Origin: an uncultured Holophagales bacterium
GTDB taxonomy: Bacteria > Acidobacteriota > Thermoanaerobaculia > Multivoradales > UBA5704
Assembly (NCBI GenBank): GCA_963842525.1
Contig: CAWJGT010000034.1
Coordinates: 384,001-448,000 of the forward strand
Reading direction: 5' to 3'
DNA length: 64,000 nt
This document shows positions 8,501 to 20,091 of this stretch, in pieces. Position 1 is the stretch's first letter. Each line of letters starts with the position of its first letter. The notes under the pieces are model-generated. The model ran no database searches. It was not told the origin of the DNA and saw nothing but the letters and a program-made list of their open reading frames with translations. The position numbers and the translations under genes are program-made.

Positions 8501-9016
8501 TCAGGGCCGCCCCAGGAGGGTGCCCAGGATGCCCTTCTTCTTGGCGCCCTTCTGGTAGGTACCCATCAGGACGGCCTGGGCCAGGATGTGCCCGTCCATC
8601 GCCGCTTCGAGCTTCGATTTCGTCGGGTGGTGGAGGTCGGGCAGGACGGTGTCGAGGGCGTACAGCTTGAAGAAGTAGCGGTGGCGGCCGATGGGTGGAC
8701 AGGGGCCGCCCCAGCCGGTGCGCTTCCAGTCGTTGAGCCCTTCGAGCGTGCCCGCCGGCAAATCGGTCGGAGGAATCCCCTCGCGCAGCCCGGTCGAGGA
8801 GGCCGGCAGGTTGTAGAGCACCCAGTGGACCCAGGTCATCTTGGGAGCCCGCGGGTCGGGCGCGTCAGGATCGTCCACGATCAGGGCGAGGCTGGCGGCG
8901 CCCGCCGGAACCTCGCGCCAGTCAAGCGCGGGCGAGATGTCGTCCCCTTCGCAGGTGTAGAGAACGGGTATTTCTTGATCGTTCTCGAAGACCGGAGACA
9001 TTAAAGTCAGGCTCAT
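8501..9016 (-). CDS. YbhB/YbcL (PEBP/Raf kinase inhibitor-like) protein
   Basis: YTCEGDDISP, LIVDDPDAP, WVHWVLYN, GPCPPIGRHRYFFKLYALD; GAGGAG before ATG 9016. Confidence 0.93.
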   Translation of the reverse strand: MSLTLMSPVFENDQEIPVLYTCEGDDISPALDWREVPAGAASLALIVDDPDAPDPRAPKMTWVHWVLYNLPASSTGLREGIPPTDLPAGTLEGLNDWKRTGWGGPCPPIGRHRYFFKLYALDTVLPDLHHPTKSKLEAAMDGHILAQAVLMGTYQKGAKKKGILGTLLGRP

Positions 9017-9228
9017 CGCACGCTCCTCCTCGCGGCCTATTCTATCCAAACCGTCCTCCGCGTGGCGGTAACGGATCTCCACCTCTTCGGTAGTGGAAAT
9101 CGAGTCTTTTTCGATCCCCTTCTCTTTTGCAGAGAACCGCTGGAACGAATCATCCTTTGAATCGATCAATTGGCGCACGAATGCAGTACTCACGGCGGTT
9201 TGCGTGATGTTAAATCTCGTTCGTCATA

Positions 9229-9257
9229 TTGACTTACGCCGTCATTACGCTTAACAT
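9229..9257 (+). promoter_or_regulatory. Sigma-70 promoter of imuA-imuB (TTGACT - 17 bp - TAACAT)
   Basis: -35 at 9229-9234, -10 at 9252-9257, 35 bp upstream of the imuA ATG, in an AT-rich intergenic region. Confidence 0.75.
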
Positions 9258-9291
9258 TCGAATGTCGAGCACGGAGGAGAGGAAAAAAGAA

Positions 9292-10176
9292 ATGGTCAGC
9301 CCGCTGCTTCGAGAGACTCCCGAGGAAACGCTGGCCGAGGGCGCATTCTCTCCCGCTTTGCGGCGGCTGCGCTCTTCTCTGCCTCAAGAGCTTCGGCCGC
9401 GTCTGGTCAGCGCCCGCGAGCTCGGCCGGTCGCTGCGCGACGAGGAGGAGGAACATCCGCCGTTCCGGACCGCCGTGCCGGCGCTCGACCGTCTTCTCGA
9501 AGGGGGTCTGCCGCGCGGGCACCTGGTCGAGCTGGTCGGCGCGCGGTCGAGCGGTCGCTTCTCCACCCTGCTCGCGGCTCTCGCCGCGGCCACCGGCGTG
9601 GGAGAGGCGGCGGCGCTGGTCGACCTGGGAGATGGGCTCGATCCGGCGGTGGCCGAGTCCATGGGCACGGACCTGGAGCGCCTGCTCTGGCTCCGTCCCA
9701 CGGACTTGAAGCAGGCCCTGGCCGGCACCGAGATGCTGCTCGGCGCCGGGTTTCCGCTGGTGGCGCTCGACCTGGGCAATCCGCCGGTGCGCGGCGGGCG
9801 TGGCGTCGAGGCCGTCTGGCTGCGGCTGGCCCGGACCGCCCGCTCGCACGGCTCGGTGCTGCTGGTGGGGAGCCCCTACCGGGTGAGCGGCACCGCGGCG
9901 AGCGCCGTGCTGAAGGCGGGCCGCGCCCGCGCCGTCTGGCAGGGTGGCGAGGGCTCTCCATGGCTGCTCGGCGGCTTCACCTCGCACCTCGAGATCGAGA
10001 AGCACCGGGGCCGCCTCGCCGGCCAGAGCGAGGGTCTGGAGCTGGCCGTGGCCGAGAGCCCGCTCCCCTCCGCGAAGCCCATCGCTCCGCCTCGGCCGCA
10101 GCCCCGGCCCGCAGAGCCGCGCGAGCTGCCGGAGGCCTGGGACATGCCCCTGCGGGCCGCGGGCGGGCGGAGGTAG
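9292..10176 (+). CDS. imuA: ImuA, RecA-like mutasome accessory protein
   Basis: ALDRLLEGGLPRGHLVELVGARSSGR (degenerate Walker A), DLERLLWLRP; directly upstream of imuB. Confidence 0.85.
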   Translation: MVSPLLRETPEETLAEGAFSPALRRLRSSLPQELRPRLVSARELGRSLRDEEEEHPPFRTAVPALDRLLEGGLPRGHLVELVGARSSGRFSTLLAALAAATGVGEAAALVDLGDGLDPAVAESMGTDLERLLWLRPTDLKQALAGTEMLLGAGFPLVALDLGNPPVRGGRGVEAVWLRLARTARSHGSVLLVGSPYRVSGTAASAVLKAGRARAVWQGGEGSPWLLGGFTSHLEIEKHRGRLAGQSEGLELAVAESPLPSAKPIAPPRPQPRPAEPRELPEAWDMPLRAAGGRR

Positions 10177-10194
10177 ACCGTGGTTGATCCCGTT

Positions 10195-10250
10195 CCCCCT
10201 CTCCCGGCGGGGGGTGGAAGGGAGATGGGAGAGGGGGCCAGGGGGTGAGG
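10195..10250 (-). repeat. REP-like element overlapping the imuB start
   Basis: CCCCCTCTCCC...GGGAGAGGGGGCCAGGGGGTGAGG, reverse complement of the 6236 family. Confidence 0.75.
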
Positions 10251-11786
10251 ATCGCCTGCATCTCTCTCCCGCTCTTCCCCCTGGCCGCGCGGCTGCGAAG
10301 CGAGCCGGAGCTCGGCCGCGAGGCCGTGGTCGTCGTGGATGGCAACGGCAACGCCGCCCGGGTGGTCGCGGCCAACAAGCTGGCACGCGGGGCCGGCGTC
10401 AAGCCGGGCCAGACCCTCCCGCAGGCGCGAGCGCTCTGCCCCAAGCTGGTAGCCCGGCCGCGCGACGAGGAGTGCGAGCGGGCCGCCCAGGAGGCGCTCC
10501 TCGAGGCGGCGGACCGTTTCTCGCCGCGGGTCGAGGACGCCGGCGAGGGCGTCGCCTTCCTCGATGTCGACGGGATCGAACGGCATTTCCGCGGCGACTC
10601 GCCGGAGCTCGACCTCGGACGGGCGCTGATCGCCGCGGCCGAAAACGAAGGATTGCCCGTCCGGGTCGGGATCGCCGGAAGCAAGCTGGCGTCGCGGATC
10701 GCCGCCGGGCTCCCCGACTCGCCGGTGGTGGTCCCCGACGGTGAAGAGGCGGGCTTCCTGGCGCCCCTGCCCCTTGCCCGGCTGGCTCCCGAGGTGGACC
10801 TCGCCGAGACCCTGGAGCGCTGGGGCGTGCGCTCCGTCGGCGACTTCGCGAAGCTCCCCACGTCCCGCGTGTCGAGCCGGCTGGGCCGGCACGGCCGCGA
10901 GCTGCACGCCACGGCGCGGGGGATCGATCCGCGTCCGCTCATCCCCCGCGAGCCGCCGCCGGCCTTCAGCGAAGGGATGAATCTGGAATGGCCGCTGGTC
11001 TCTCTGGAGCCCTTCCTGTTCGTGGGCCGCGCGGCCCTGGAGCGGCTTTGCGCCCGCCTGGAGGCCCAGGGCCTCGCCTGCATCCGCCTGGAGCTCCAGC
11101 TTCGCCTGGAGCCCGACGGCCATCAGGTGCGCTCGATCGACCTGCCGGCGCCGAGCCACGACACCAAGACCCTGCTCACCCTGGTCCGCCTCGACCTGGA
11201 AGCGAACCCGCCGGGAGCGCCGGTGGCCGGCTTCAGCTTCGCCGCCCATCCGGACCGTCCACGGGAGGCCCAGCTCTCCCTCTACGGCCCGGCGGCGCTC
11301 TCGCCCGACAAGCTGGCCACCACCCTGGCCCGGCTCTTCGCCCTCCTCGGACCCGACCGCGTCGGCTCGCCGCGGCCGGTGGACGGCCACCGCCCCGAGC
11401 GCTTCGAGCTGGTCGAATACCAGCCGCCTCCCCCGCCGGACGTCCGCCGCGAGCCGCGCACCGGCCGCGGCCTGCTCGCCGTCCGCGTCCTCCGTCCGGC
11501 CGTATCGGTCGAGGTGCTCACCCGCGAGCCCGCGCCGGAAGAGGAGCCGCGGCTCCTGCCGCCGGTCGAGGTCCGCGCGCAGTCCCAGGAAGAGGCCGAC
11601 AAGCGCCCACGGATCGAAGGCAGGATCAAGGTCGCCTCCGGCCCCTGGGGCCTGGAGGACGCCTGGTGGTCCGAAGACCCCGCCGGCCGCGACTATTGGG
11701 ACGTCGAGCTCGCCGGAGGCGCCATCTACCGTCTCTTCCGCGAGCGCCGGACCGGCGAGTGGTTTGCGGATGGGATCTACGATTGA
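10245..11786 (+). CDS. imuB: ImuB, inactive Y-family DNA polymerase homolog
   Basis: [33 protein letters not shown], clamp-binding-like QLSLY, C-terminal GPW...WW...RDYWDVEL...YRLF...W.ADGIYD. Confidence 0.9.
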   Translation: MRIACISLPLFPLAARLRSEPELGREAVVVVDGNGNAARVVAANKLARGAGVKPGQTLPQARALCPKLVARPRDEECERAAQEALLEAADRFSPRVEDAGEGVAFLDVDGIERHFRGDSPELDLGRALIAAAENEGLPVRVGIAGSKLASRIAAGLPDSPVVVPDGEEAGFLAPLPLARLAPEVDLAETLERWGVRSVGDFAKLPTSRVSSRLGRHGRELHATARGIDPRPLIPREPPPAFSEGMNLEWPLVSLEPFLFVGRAALERLCARLEAQGLACIRLELQLRLEPDGHQVRSIDLPAPSHDTKTLLTLVRLDLEANPPGAPVAGFSFAAHPDRPREAQLSLYGPAALSPDKLATTLARLFALLGPDRVGSPRPVDGHRPERFELVEYQPPPPPDVRREPRTGRGLLAVRVLRPAVSVEVLTREPAPEEEPRLLPPVEVRAQSQEEADKRPRIEGRIKVASGPWGLEDAWWSEDPAGRDYWDVELAGGAIYRLFRERRTGEWFADGIYD

Positions 11787-13789
11787 GTCGACGAGGCCGG
11801 GGGTGCCTCGCCCACGATCGTGAAGTGGAAGGTCGATCCCCGGCCGACGGTGCTCTCCGCCCAGATCTCGCCGCCCAGGAGCTCGGCCAGCCGCTTGCTG
11901 ATGGCGAGGCCGAGCCCGGCGCCGCCATACCGGCGGGACGGCGAGCCGTCGAGTTGGAGAAAGGGAGTGAAGAGGCGATCCAGGTCCTCGCTGGAGATGC
12001 CGATCCCGGTGTCAGTGACGGCGAAATGGGCCTGATAGCGATCTTCTTCCAGCAGGCGGGCGGAAAGCTCAACGCGCACCTCTCCGCGCGTCGTAAACTT
12101 CACGGCGTTGCCTAGCAGGTTGAGCAGGATCTGACGGGTGCGGCCACGGTCGCCGAGGAGCAGCCCCGGCGTGCCGTCGGCGATCGAAGAGCGGAGCGCC
12201 AGGCCCTGCCTGGCCGCCAGGGGAGCGATCATCTGGAGGCTCTCCGCGACGACCGCCGCGAGGCTGAAGGGCGCGCACTCCACGGCGAGCTTCCTCGACT
12301 CCAGCTTGGAGAAGTCGAGGATCTGTTCGATCAATGCCAGGAGGGCTTCGCCGCTGATCTGCAGGGCCTCCACATACTGCCTCTGCGCTGCGTTGAGCGA
12401 GGTGCCTGCCAGCAGCTCCGTCAGGCCGATGACACCGTTCATGGGGGTCCGGATCTCGTGGCTGATGTTGGCGAGAAACTCGCTCTTCGCACGACTGGCG
12501 GCGAGCGCCTGGTCCCTGGCCTCTTCGAGCTCGCGGGTGCGCTCCAGCACCTGCGCCTCCAGGCCGAGGCGCAGGCGGTCGAGCTCGTCATGGACGCGCC
12601 GGAAGCGGCTCGACAGGGCGATGCGCATCGCAACGAGGACCGCCGCGAAGCCGAAGGCCGCCAGCGAGAACGGCGCGCTCCACGGCAGAGGGAGAAGGTG
12701 CCTCGCCAGCTCCAGCCCCTGGATCGCGATCATCGCCAGTCCACCCGCGGCGATCGTCCGCGCCTCCACGTCGCCGCGCCGGGCCTCGCGCAGGATGAGG
12801 ACCGTCGCGGCGATGAGCAGCGGCAGGAGCCATAAGTAGCGGAAGGGGTTGCTGGCGACGACCGGATGGATGTCCGGCCACAGGCCCACGAACCCTGCCA
12901 GCACCAGATGGGAGAGTTGGTACGCGCGAAGCCAGGACGGAATGGGCCGCGCAAAGAAACGCCAGAGGAACTGGATCGCCAGCGCCGCGGCGAAGTGTCC
13001 CGAGATGTCGCTCAGCCGCACCGCGACGGCGTGGCTCGCGGTGACCTGGTAGATCCAGAAGGTGCAGGCCGTCGTGTTGACCGCGAAGGCCAGCGCGAGC
13101 AGGCCGAACCAGAGGTGCTCGATCTGCGTGCGGCGGCGGCTGAACAGCAGGAGATGATAGAGGGCCGCGGCGGCGAAGAGGGCCGCGAGGACCAACAGGG
13201 GAAGCTCCCTCAACAGGTGGCCCGCCCAGATTGCCCGGACGCGGTCCCGCAGGGCTGGATAGGAGCCGAGCGTCAGATCCTCGCCGACCGGAGCGGCCTG
13301 CGGGTCCCGGTCCGAGGCCCAGCCAATGCGCCGCACCCGCAGGGCGAGGCGCAGCATCCCTCCCGGCCCGACCTCCTCGCGGGGGACGAGAAAGACCTCG
13401 GGAAATGGGAACGGCAGGGTCGAGGACCAGCCCCGGGAGCGCCCGAGCAGCCTCCCGCCAGCGTAGACCTCATAGCCTCCATACATGGGCGGACCGAGAA
13501 GAAGGCCCAATTGGCCCTTGGCGGAGGCCAAGCGCGCTGCCTCGCCGAGCGGCACGGTGCTCCGGAACCAGATGTCGCCGTCGACATCGTCCAGGCCGAG
13601 CTCGCTCCATGTGGCAGGCAGTCGCGCCGCCGGCCAGGCCGAGTCGTCGAAGCCGGGCCGTGCCCAGCCAGGGTCGTCGCCGGTCTGGACCCTCCACCCG
13701 GCGGGTCCCTGTGCGGCGGCAACGGCAGGGGTCAGCAGGACGATGGCAAGGAGGACCATGCCGGTCGCTCCGCGGCTGTGCTGGGTCAT
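11777..13789 (-). CDS. Sensor histidine kinase (galactose-binding-like periplasmic domain, 7TM, HisKA, HATPase), no receiver domain
   Basis: [16 protein letters not shown]; about seven hydrophobic helices; [40 protein letters not shown]. Confidence 0.92.
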   Translation of the reverse strand: MTQHSRGATGMVLLAIVLLTPAVAAAQGPAGWRVQTGDDPGWARPGFDDSAWPAARLPATWSELGLDDVDGDIWFRSTVPLGEAARLASAKGQLGLLLGPPMYGGYEVYAGGRLLGRSRGWSSTLPFPFPEVFLVPREEVGPGGMLRLALRVRRIGWASDRDPQAAPVGEDLTLGSYPALRDRVRAIWAGHLLRELPLLVLAALFAAAALYHLLLFSRRRTQIEHLWFGLLALAFAVNTTACTFWIYQVTASHAVAVRLSDISGHFAAALAIQFLWRFFARPIPSWLRAYQLSHLVLAGFVGLWPDIHPVVASNPFRYLWLLPLLIAATVLILREARRGDVEARTIAAGGLAMIAIQGLELARHLLPLPWSAPFSLAAFGFAAVLVAMRIALSSRFRRVHDELDRLRLGLEAQVLERTRELEEARDQALAASRAKSEFLANISHEIRTPMNGVIGLTELLAGTSLNAAQRQYVEALQISGEALLALIEQILDFSKLESRKLAVECAPFSLAAVVAESLQMIAPLAARQGLALRSSIADGTPGLLLGDRGRTRQILLNLLGNAVKFTTRGEVRVELSARLLEEDRYQAHFAVTDTGIGISSEDLDRLFTPFLQLDGSPSRRYGGAGLGLAISKRLAELLGGEIWAESTVGRGSTFHFTIVGEAPPASSTQS

Positions 13790-13884
13790 CGTGCAGACCC
13801 AGTATACGTCTGTGGGAGGACCGAAGGGGAGAGGCTGGAGGGGAAGGAGAGCCGCGGTCAGGGACCGCGGCTCTCTCTCAGGAT

Positions 13885-14451
13885 CTAGAAGCGCCAGACG
13901 ATGCCGGCGTTGACGCCGATGCCGCTCAGGTCGATGGCGACATCGTCGCGGATGTCGTCGGGAAAGCCGTCGTCGTCCTCAGTGACGGTCCCCTCGATGC
14001 CACGGTAGATGGCCTCGACGTTGAAGGCCAGGCCAGAGGGCCTGCGACCGAAGTCGCCGCCCGCCACCACGTACCAGCCCACCTCGTCGTCGATGTCACC
14101 TTCGGTGGTGTCGAGCAGGTAATAGCCGGCGCCGCCGCCGACGTACGGCTCAAAGGCGGCACCCTCAGCGAAGCGGAAGGCGAGACCCGCCTCTATTGGA
14201 ATGGCGCTGATCTCGAAGTCGAAGCGCTCGGGGTCGGTATCGGCGGTCACGTCGCTGAAATAGGTGCCGCGCAGCTCGACGATGCCCCAGCGCAGCTTGG
14301 TCGCGACGCCGAGTGCCTCGTCCGAGTCCTTGGTGCTCCAGTAGGCACCGCCGACGCTGAAGTCCGTCGCAGCCGCTGGTTGCGCCAGCAATCCCAGGCC
14401 GGCGATGGCGCCGAGCACGAGCACACACATCGTGATGATCTTTCTGTTCAT
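13885..14451 (-). CDS. Outer-membrane beta-barrel protein (OmpA/OmpW-like 8-strand)
   Basis: Signal peptide, [11 protein letters not shown]-terminal GIVWRF with terminal Phe; GGAGG RBS. Confidence 0.85.
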   Translation of the reverse strand: MNRKIITMCVLVLGAIAGLGLLAQPAAATDFSVGGAYWSTKDSDEALGVATKLRWGIVELRGTYFSDVTADTDPERFDFEISAIPIEAGLAFRFAEGAAFEPYVGGGAGYYLLDTTEGDIDDEVGWYVVAGGDFGRRPSGLAFNVEAIYRGIEGTVTEDDDGFPDDIRDDVAIDLSGIGVNAGIVWRF

Positions 14452-14663
14452 GGTGCTACCTCCGTTTTCCCTTGCATGTCGCATGTCGCGTAACCACCCT
14501 CACCGAGTTACGACTGGTTGAGCCCTCCCGGCCGGAATCTCGAGAAGACCTCTCCCCCGTTGACCGGCCGAGCTTTGGCAACACGGTGCCCTTCAGGGCA
14601 CGCGGTGCTGTCCCGAGCTTTACTGCAAGGGGCGTTCCAAGTGCAGAGAGGAGATAGGATCGA

Positions 14664-16469
14664 CTACTTGCGCCGGTTGGCCTGCAGGATGCGCTTGCGG
14701 ATGCGGGCCGAGCGGGGAGTCACCTCGACCAGCTCGTCCTCGCGGATGAACTCGAGCGCCTGCTCGAGGTTCATCACTCGGGGCGGCACGAGACGGATCG
14801 TGTCGTCGGACCCGGAGGCTCGCATGTTGGTGAGCTTCTTCTCCTTGGTGATATTGACGTCGAGGTCGTTGGTACGGGCATTCTCCCCCACCACCATCCC
14901 CTCGTAGACCTCGTCTCCGGGAGCGATGAACAGCTCGCCCCGGGGCTGGAGGTTCTCGATGGAGTAGGCGGTGGCCCGGCCGGTCCGGTCCGCCACCAGG
15001 GCGCCGTTGGTGCGGTGGGCGATCTCCCCCTGCCAGATGTCCCAACCGTCGAAGAGGTGGTTCATGATGCCGGTCCCCTTGGTGACGGTCAGGAACTCGC
15101 TGCGGAACCCGATCAGGCCGCGGGACGGGATCCGGAACTCCATGCGCACCCGGCCCGAGCCGTGGTTGACCATCTTCATCATCCGGCCGCGGCGCACCCC
15201 CATCTCCTGGGTGACGACGCCGATGAACTCCTCCGGGCAGTCGATCACCAGCATCTCCATGGGCTCGTGGAGCTGGCCGTCGACCCTGCGGGTGATGACC
15301 TCGGGCTTGCCGACCGAGAGCTCGTAGCCTTCGCGGCGCATCATCTCGATCAGGATGGCGAGCTGGAGCTCGCCGCGGCCCGAGACCTTGAACACCTCCG
15401 GCGAATCGGTGGGCTCGACCCGGATCGAGACGTTCGTCAGGATCTCCCTCTCCAGGCGTTCCCTGAGCTTGCGCGAGGTGAGGTGCTTGCCATCACGGCC
15501 GGAGAACGGTGAATCGTTGATCGACACCATCATGGAGATGGTCGGCTCGTCGATCAGGATCGGCGGCAGCGGCCGCGGATCGTCGCGGTCGGTCAGGGTC
15601 TCGCCGATGTTGACCTCCTCGATCCCGGCGATGGCCACGATGTCGCCCGGCCCGGCCTCGGCAATCTCGACGCGCTTCAAGCCGTCGTAGCCGTAGAGGA
15701 GGGTCACCTTGACGTGATCGACCCGGCCGTCGTGGCGGCAGAGCCCGGCCTCCTGGGCCTTGCGCAGCCGGCCGTTGAAGATGCGGCCGATGGCAAGGCG
15801 CCCGACGTAGTCGTCGTAATCGAGGGTGTTGAACTGCATCTGGAGCGGCGTCGCGGCATCCCAGACCGGCGCCGGCACGGAGCGCAGGATCTCCTCGAAG
15901 AGGGCCTCCAGGGTCGTATCCGCACCGTCGGGCTCGCGGCGGCACAGCCCCGCCCGGGCGTTGGCGTAGAGGATCGGGAAGTCGAGCTGCTCCTCCGTGG
16001 CCTCGAGGTCGATGAAGAGGTCATAGACCTCGTTGACCACCTCGCTGATGCGGGCGTCCTGGCGGTCGATCTTGTTGATCACAACAATCGGCGGCAGACC
16101 GGCCTCCAGGGCCTTGCGCAGCACGAAGCGGGTCTGCGGCAGCGGCCCCTCGCTGGCGTCGACCAGCAGCAGGACGCCGTCGACCATCTTGAGCGTTCGC
16201 TCGACCTCGCCGCCGAAGTCGGCGTGGCCCGGCGTGTCGACGATGTTGATCCGCACGCCGCGCCAGGTGATGGCCGTATTTTTGGCCATGATGGTGATGC
16301 CCTTCTCCCGCTCGAGGTCGATCGAGTCCATGACCCGGTCCACGACGTTCTCGTTGGCGCGGAAGATCCCGCTCTGCCAGAGCATGGCGTCGACCAGGGT
16401 TGTCTTGCCGTGGTCGACGTGGGCGATGATCGCCAGATTGCGGACGTCCTCTCTGATCTGCTCAGTCAA
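14664..16469 (-). CDS. typA: Translational GTPase TypA/BipA
   Basis: [49 protein letters not shown]; TTG start at 16469 (the 1053-aa ORF extension is spurious). Confidence 0.97.
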   Translation of the reverse strand: MTEQIREDVRNLAIIAHVDHGKTTLVDAMLWQSGIFRANENVVDRVMDSIDLEREKGITIMAKNTAITWRGVRINIVDTPGHADFGGEVERTLKMVDGVLLLVDASEGPLPQTRFVLRKALEAGLPPIVVINKIDRQDARISEVVNEVYDLFIDLEATEEQLDFPILYANARAGLCRREPDGADTTLEALFEEILRSVPAPVWDAATPLQMQFNTLDYDDYVGRLAIGRIFNGRLRKAQEAGLCRHDGRVDHVKVTLLYGYDGLKRVEIAEAGPGDIVAIAGIEEVNIGETLTDRDDPRPLPPILIDEPTISMMVSINDSPFSGRDGKHLTSRKLRERLEREILTNVSIRVEPTDSPEVFKVSGRGELQLAILIEMMRREGYELSVGKPEVITRRVDGQLHEPMEMLVIDCPEEFIGVVTQEMGVRRGRMMKMVNHGSGRVRMEFRIPSRGLIGFRSEFLTVTKGTGIMNHLFDGWDIWQGEIAHRTNGALVADRTGRATAYSIENLQPRGELFIAPGDEVYEGMVVGENARTNDLDVNITKEKKLTNMRASGSDDTIRLVPPRVMNLEQALEFIREDELVEVTPRSARIRKRILQANRRK

Positions 16470-16581
16470 GCGGTTCTCTCCGAATGAAAAGGGGAAAGCC
16501 CGGGGCGCGGCTCCGCCGCGGTATGGGGACTCGAGGATAACACAGGGCAGGCCGGGGGAGATTCCCCGAAAGATCCAGGGC

Positions 16582-16932
16582 TCAGGCGCTGTTGGACCGT
16601 CCGAGGTCGAGGACCGCCTTGCGGACCCGCTCCACCTCGCCGCGCTCGAAGTAGGCCGTGCCGCAGTGGGAGCAGACCCAGGCGGGCACGTCCTTCCAGG
16701 CCAAGCGGTAGCCGTTGCGGGCGACGGTGACCGGCGCCGTGGCGCGCTGGATGGCCCCCTGGCAGCCCAGGCAGCGCATGGGCAGGACCTCGGAGGCCGG
16801 CACGGGACGCGCCAGGACCGGCAGGGTCGCATCGAGGTCGGCCGGGCTCGGCTCCCGCAGCTTGGCCGCCGGCATGGCGTAAGCTTTCCGGGTGAACGAG
16901 GAAGAGAAGCGCTCTTGCATGGGCATGGACAT
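16582..16932 (-). CDS. YgiT-type zinc finger protein
   Basis: MRCLGCQG...[15 protein letters not shown]. Confidence 0.8.
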   Translation of the reverse strand: MSMPMQERFSSSFTRKAYAMPAAKLREPSPADLDATLPVLARPVPASEVLPMRCLGCQGAIQRATAPVTVARNGYRLAWKDVPAWVCSHCGTAYFERGEVERVRKAVLDLGRSNSA

Positions 16933-17066
16933 GTAGATCCCCCTCGTGAAGCGCCATTATATCCTGCAAAACGCTTGCCGGAACTGTCCTGCACCGCGGC
17001 GAGTCTAAAGAGGAAGGATGGGGACATGACAACATTCGAGGACCTGCAGCAGGAGGAGGGGCTCCG

Positions 17067-18503
17067 GTGAGGCTCTTCCTGGCTGCCCTGGCCCTGATGG
17101 CCACCCCGCCGGCTCCGCCGCCTGCGCCCGAGCTGCCGCGCGGCCAGGTCGTCGAGAAGGTCGCCTGCGCCAATGCGCCCCGGTACAGCTATGCGCTCTA
17201 CCTGCCGTCGGGCTACCGGCCGGACCGGGTGTGGCCCGTCGTGTACGCCTTCGACTCCAAAGGGAATGCCAAGGAGATGGCGGAGCGGCTGCGGGCCGGG
17301 GCCGAAAAGTATGGCTGGGTGGTGGTCAGCTCGCACGACTCCTCCAATCTGATCGCCATGGAGGAGAACTTCCAGATCATGCGTGCGCTGTGGGCGGATA
17401 CCCACTCGCGCCTGGCAATCAACGACCGGCGGGTGTACGGACTGGGCTTCTCGGGGCTCGTCCGCTTCGTCTGCATGCTGGAGAACACGGTTCCCGGCAG
17501 CCTGGCCGGAGTGCTCGGCCTCAACGGCGGGTTCCCCCTCGGCTATCCGCCGTCGAAAGAGACCCCGTTCCCCTTCTACTTCACCGTCGGCGACAAGGAC
17601 TTCAGCTACTACGAGCTGCTCGACCTCGACGCCAAGCTCGCGTCGCTGCGCCTCCCCCACCACCTGGAGATCTTCGAAGGCTCCCATCAGTGGCCGCCCG
17701 AGGCGCTCTTCACCCGGGGGATCGCCTGGATGGAGCTCCAGGCGATGCGGCGCGGCCTGCGCGAGAAGAACGCCGCCCTGGTGGAGCCGCTGTGGGCCGA
17801 GGACCTCGCCCGGGCCCGCGAGCACGAGGCCGCCGGCCGGGTCTGGGAGGCCTTCCGCGCCTGGACCGCGCTGGCGGCGGACTATACCGGCCTCCGGAGC
17901 ACCGAGGAGATGAAAGAGGTCGAATCCCGCATCGCCGCTCTCAGGGATTCAGAGGCGCTCCGCGGGAACCTCACGGCGCGCGAGGCGAGAGACCGACGCG
18001 ACCGCGAGTACCTCGAACGGATACCCCGCCTCTTCGAGCAGGTGCCGTCGGAGATCGGCCCCGACAGCGTCAGCCAGATGCTGACCGACCTCAAGATCCC
18101 CGACCTCAAGAAGAAGGCCGAATCCAGCCCCGACCCCGCGGAGCGCCTGGCCGCCGAGCGCCTGCTCTACGCGGTCTACATCCAGACCGGCCTCTATCTG
18201 CCGCGCGAGCACTCCCAGCGCAAGCAGTACGACCGCGCGATCTTCTTCCTCCAGGTTGCCGCGACAATCGATCCCGACGTGCCCCATATCCCCTACCGCC
18301 TCGCCTCCACCTGGGCGCAGAAGGGGAACCCGCGCAGGGCCTTGGACTACCTGGCGCTCGCGGTGGACAAGGGTTGGACCGACCTGGTGATGCTGGAGGG
18401 CGACCGCACCTTCGACACGCTGCGGCAGACCGAGGACTACAAGAAGATCGTCGACGAGATCCTGCGCCGCCAGCAGCAGGCCTCGACCAAGCCGCCTTCG
18501 TAG
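17067..18503 (+). CDS. Secreted alpha/beta-hydrolase-like protein with C-terminal TPR
   Basis: Signal peptide; [14 protein letters not shown] nucleophile-elbow-like motif, FEGSHQWP; TPR-like [11 protein letters not shown]...[13 protein letters not shown]. Confidence 0.75.
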   Translation: MRLFLAALALMATPPAPPPAPELPRGQVVEKVACANAPRYSYALYLPSGYRPDRVWPVVYAFDSKGNAKEMAERLRAGAEKYGWVVVSSHDSSNLIAMEENFQIMRALWADTHSRLAINDRRVYGLGFSGLVRFVCMLENTVPGSLAGVLGLNGGFPLGYPPSKETPFPFYFTVGDKDFSYYELLDLDAKLASLRLPHHLEIFEGSHQWPPEALFTRGIAWMELQAMRRGLREKNAALVEPLWAEDLARAREHEAAGRVWEAFRAWTALAADYTGLRSTEEMKEVESRIAALRDSEALRGNLTAREARDRRDREYLERIPRLFEQVPSEIGPDSVSQMLTDLKIPDLKKKAESSPDPAERLAAERLLYAVYIQTGLYLPREHSQRKQYDRAIFFLQVAATIDPDVPHIPYRLASTWAQKGNPRRALDYLALAVDKGWTDLVMLEGDRTFDTLRQTEDYKKIVDEILRRQQQASTKPPS

Positions 18504-18504
18504 G

Positions 18505-18801
18505 TCACCGCTCCTCGAACGGCTCTTCCATCCCGACCGAGAACATGCCTTCCAGGTCGTAGCGGGAGAAGGCGCGGAACGCGATCAGGGTCTCGGTGCG
18601 CACGATCCCTTCGATCTTCAGCATGTGATTGGTGACGGCGTCGGCGATCTGCTCGTTGTCCTTGACGCGGGCTATGGCTACCAGGTCGTAGTGCCCGGCC
18701 ACGGAATAGACCTCGGTGATCCCAGGCAGCTCCACGAGCTTTTCCGCGACTTCGTTGACCCGGGCCTTCTCGACAATCAGGAGAATGACAGCGCTGACCA
18801 T
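18505..18801 (-). CDS. Stand-alone Lrp/AsnC ligand-binding domain protein
   Basis: EVYSVAGHYDLVA...IEGIVRTETLIAF. Confidence 0.9.
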   Translation of the reverse strand: MVSAVILLIVEKARVNEVAEKLVELPGITEVYSVAGHYDLVAIARVKDNEQIADAVTNHMLKIEGIVRTETLIAFRAFSRYDLEGMFSVGMEEPFEER

Positions 18802-18861
18802 GACCCCTCCTCTCGGCTGCCGCTCACTCTATAACAGGGCAACTGTTAGGCTATCGCCGCC

Positions 18862-20091
18862 ATGGACGTCGCCAACCCGCTGCCCGACGCGCTGCCCGAT
18901 CCCATCTTCCGCCGGACGCTCGACGTGCTGATCGAGCTGACGGCCCTGTCTTCCCAAAGCAGCGATACCGAGGGCTTGGGCCGCATGGCCGCCCGCCTCG
19001 CCGAGGAGCTGTCGGCCCGCGGGCTCGCCGTCGAGGTCCGGGAGGACGAAGGAGAGGGCGGCCTCCGGCTTCCCGTCCTGGTCGCGCGGGGAGAGGACAC
19101 CGCGCGCGGCCACCTCCTCCTCATCGGCCACATGGACACGGTGCTGCCTGCGGCCGAGCCGCGGATCGAGGACGGTCGGCTGGTGGCAAGTGGGGCCATC
19201 GACATGAAGGGAGGGCTCGCGGCCTTCCTGGGGGCCCTCGACCTCGTGCGGCACCGGGGTGGAACGTTGCCTCCCGACCTCCTCCTGGCCGTGGTGCCGG
19301 ACGAGGAGGTGGGCGGCAGGATCTCCCGGGCCACGGTGCGGAGCTGGGGGGAGTCGGCGCGGGCCCTCTGGGTCCTGGAGCCCGGCGAGCCGGCGGCGGA
19401 CGGCGCCGAGACCCTGGTCGCCGGCCGGCGGGGCATGTTCGACTGGCACCTGCGAGTCACCGGGCGCGCGGCGCATTCGGGCCTTCACTACTGGCAGGGC
19501 CGCTCGGCCCTGATCGCTGCCGCGAGCTGGTGCCTCGAGGCCGAGTCGCTCTCGCAGCGGAAGAGCGGCCCCACCGTGAACGTCGGCCGGTTCGTTGCCG
19601 GTGATGCGAGCTTCGTCGAGGATCTGGCCGAGCAGCACGTCCTTCTCGGCACTGACCAGCAGCTCAACGTGGTGCCGGACCGCGCCATCGTCGAAGGCGA
19701 AGCCCGCTTCCTCCGTGCTCCCGAGGGGGAGGAGATCGCGCAGCGTCTCGAGACCCTGGCCCAGGAGGTGGCCGCCAGGACCGAGACAGAGCTGACCTTC
19801 ACGCGCCAGCCGACCATTCCTCCCGTCGATCCGGATGGACCCCACGCCGCCTGGAGCGAGCGGGCCGTGGCCCTGGCTGCTGCCCGCGGCTGGCGTCTGG
19901 AAGTGGAAAGGGAGCGCGGCGGGATCTCGTTCCCCAATTTCCTGCGGGACCCGGACCGCATCCCGGTCCTCGACGGCCTCGGCCCAGTCGGAGACGGGAT
20001 GCACACGCGCGGCGAGTATGTGGACCTGCGGTCGCTCGCGCGCCGCATTGTGCTGCTGGCGGATCTGCTGGCCGAGGCCCCGGCCACCTGA
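18862..20091 (+). CDS. M20 family metallopeptidase (glutamate carboxypeptidase-like)
   Basis: GHMDTV, DMKGG, DEEVG, GRAAHSG, DGLGPVGDGMH. Confidence 0.9.
   Translation: MDVANPLPDALPDPIFRRTLDVLIELTALSSQSSDTEGLGRMAARLAEELSARGLAVEVREDEGEGGLRLPVLVARGEDTARGHLLLIGHMDTVLPAAEPRIEDGRLVASGAIDMKGGLAAFLGALDLVRHRGGTLPPDLLLAVVPDEEVGGRISRATVRSWGESARALWVLEPGEPAADGAETLVAGRRGMFDWHLRVTGRAAHSGLHYWQGRSALIAAASWCLEAESLSQRKSGPTVNVGRFVAGDASFVEDLAEQHVLLGTDQQLNVVPDRAIVEGEARFLRAPEGEEIAQRLETLAQEVAARTETELTFTRQPTIPPVDPDGPHAAWSERAVALAAARGWRLEVERERGGISFPNFLRDPDRIPVLDGLGPVGDGMHTRGEYVDLRSLARRIVLLADLLAEAPAT

Noticed and set aside
14575-14600. Sigma-54 promoter for the outer-membrane protein gene
   Set aside because: GGGCACCGTGTTGC puts the GGCAC box one base out of register; too weak
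16470-17825. 1053-aa TypA with a 450-aa N-terminal extension
   Set aside because: Extension is antisense to the hydrolase gene and overlaps the YgiT gene; a GC-rich open-frame artefact
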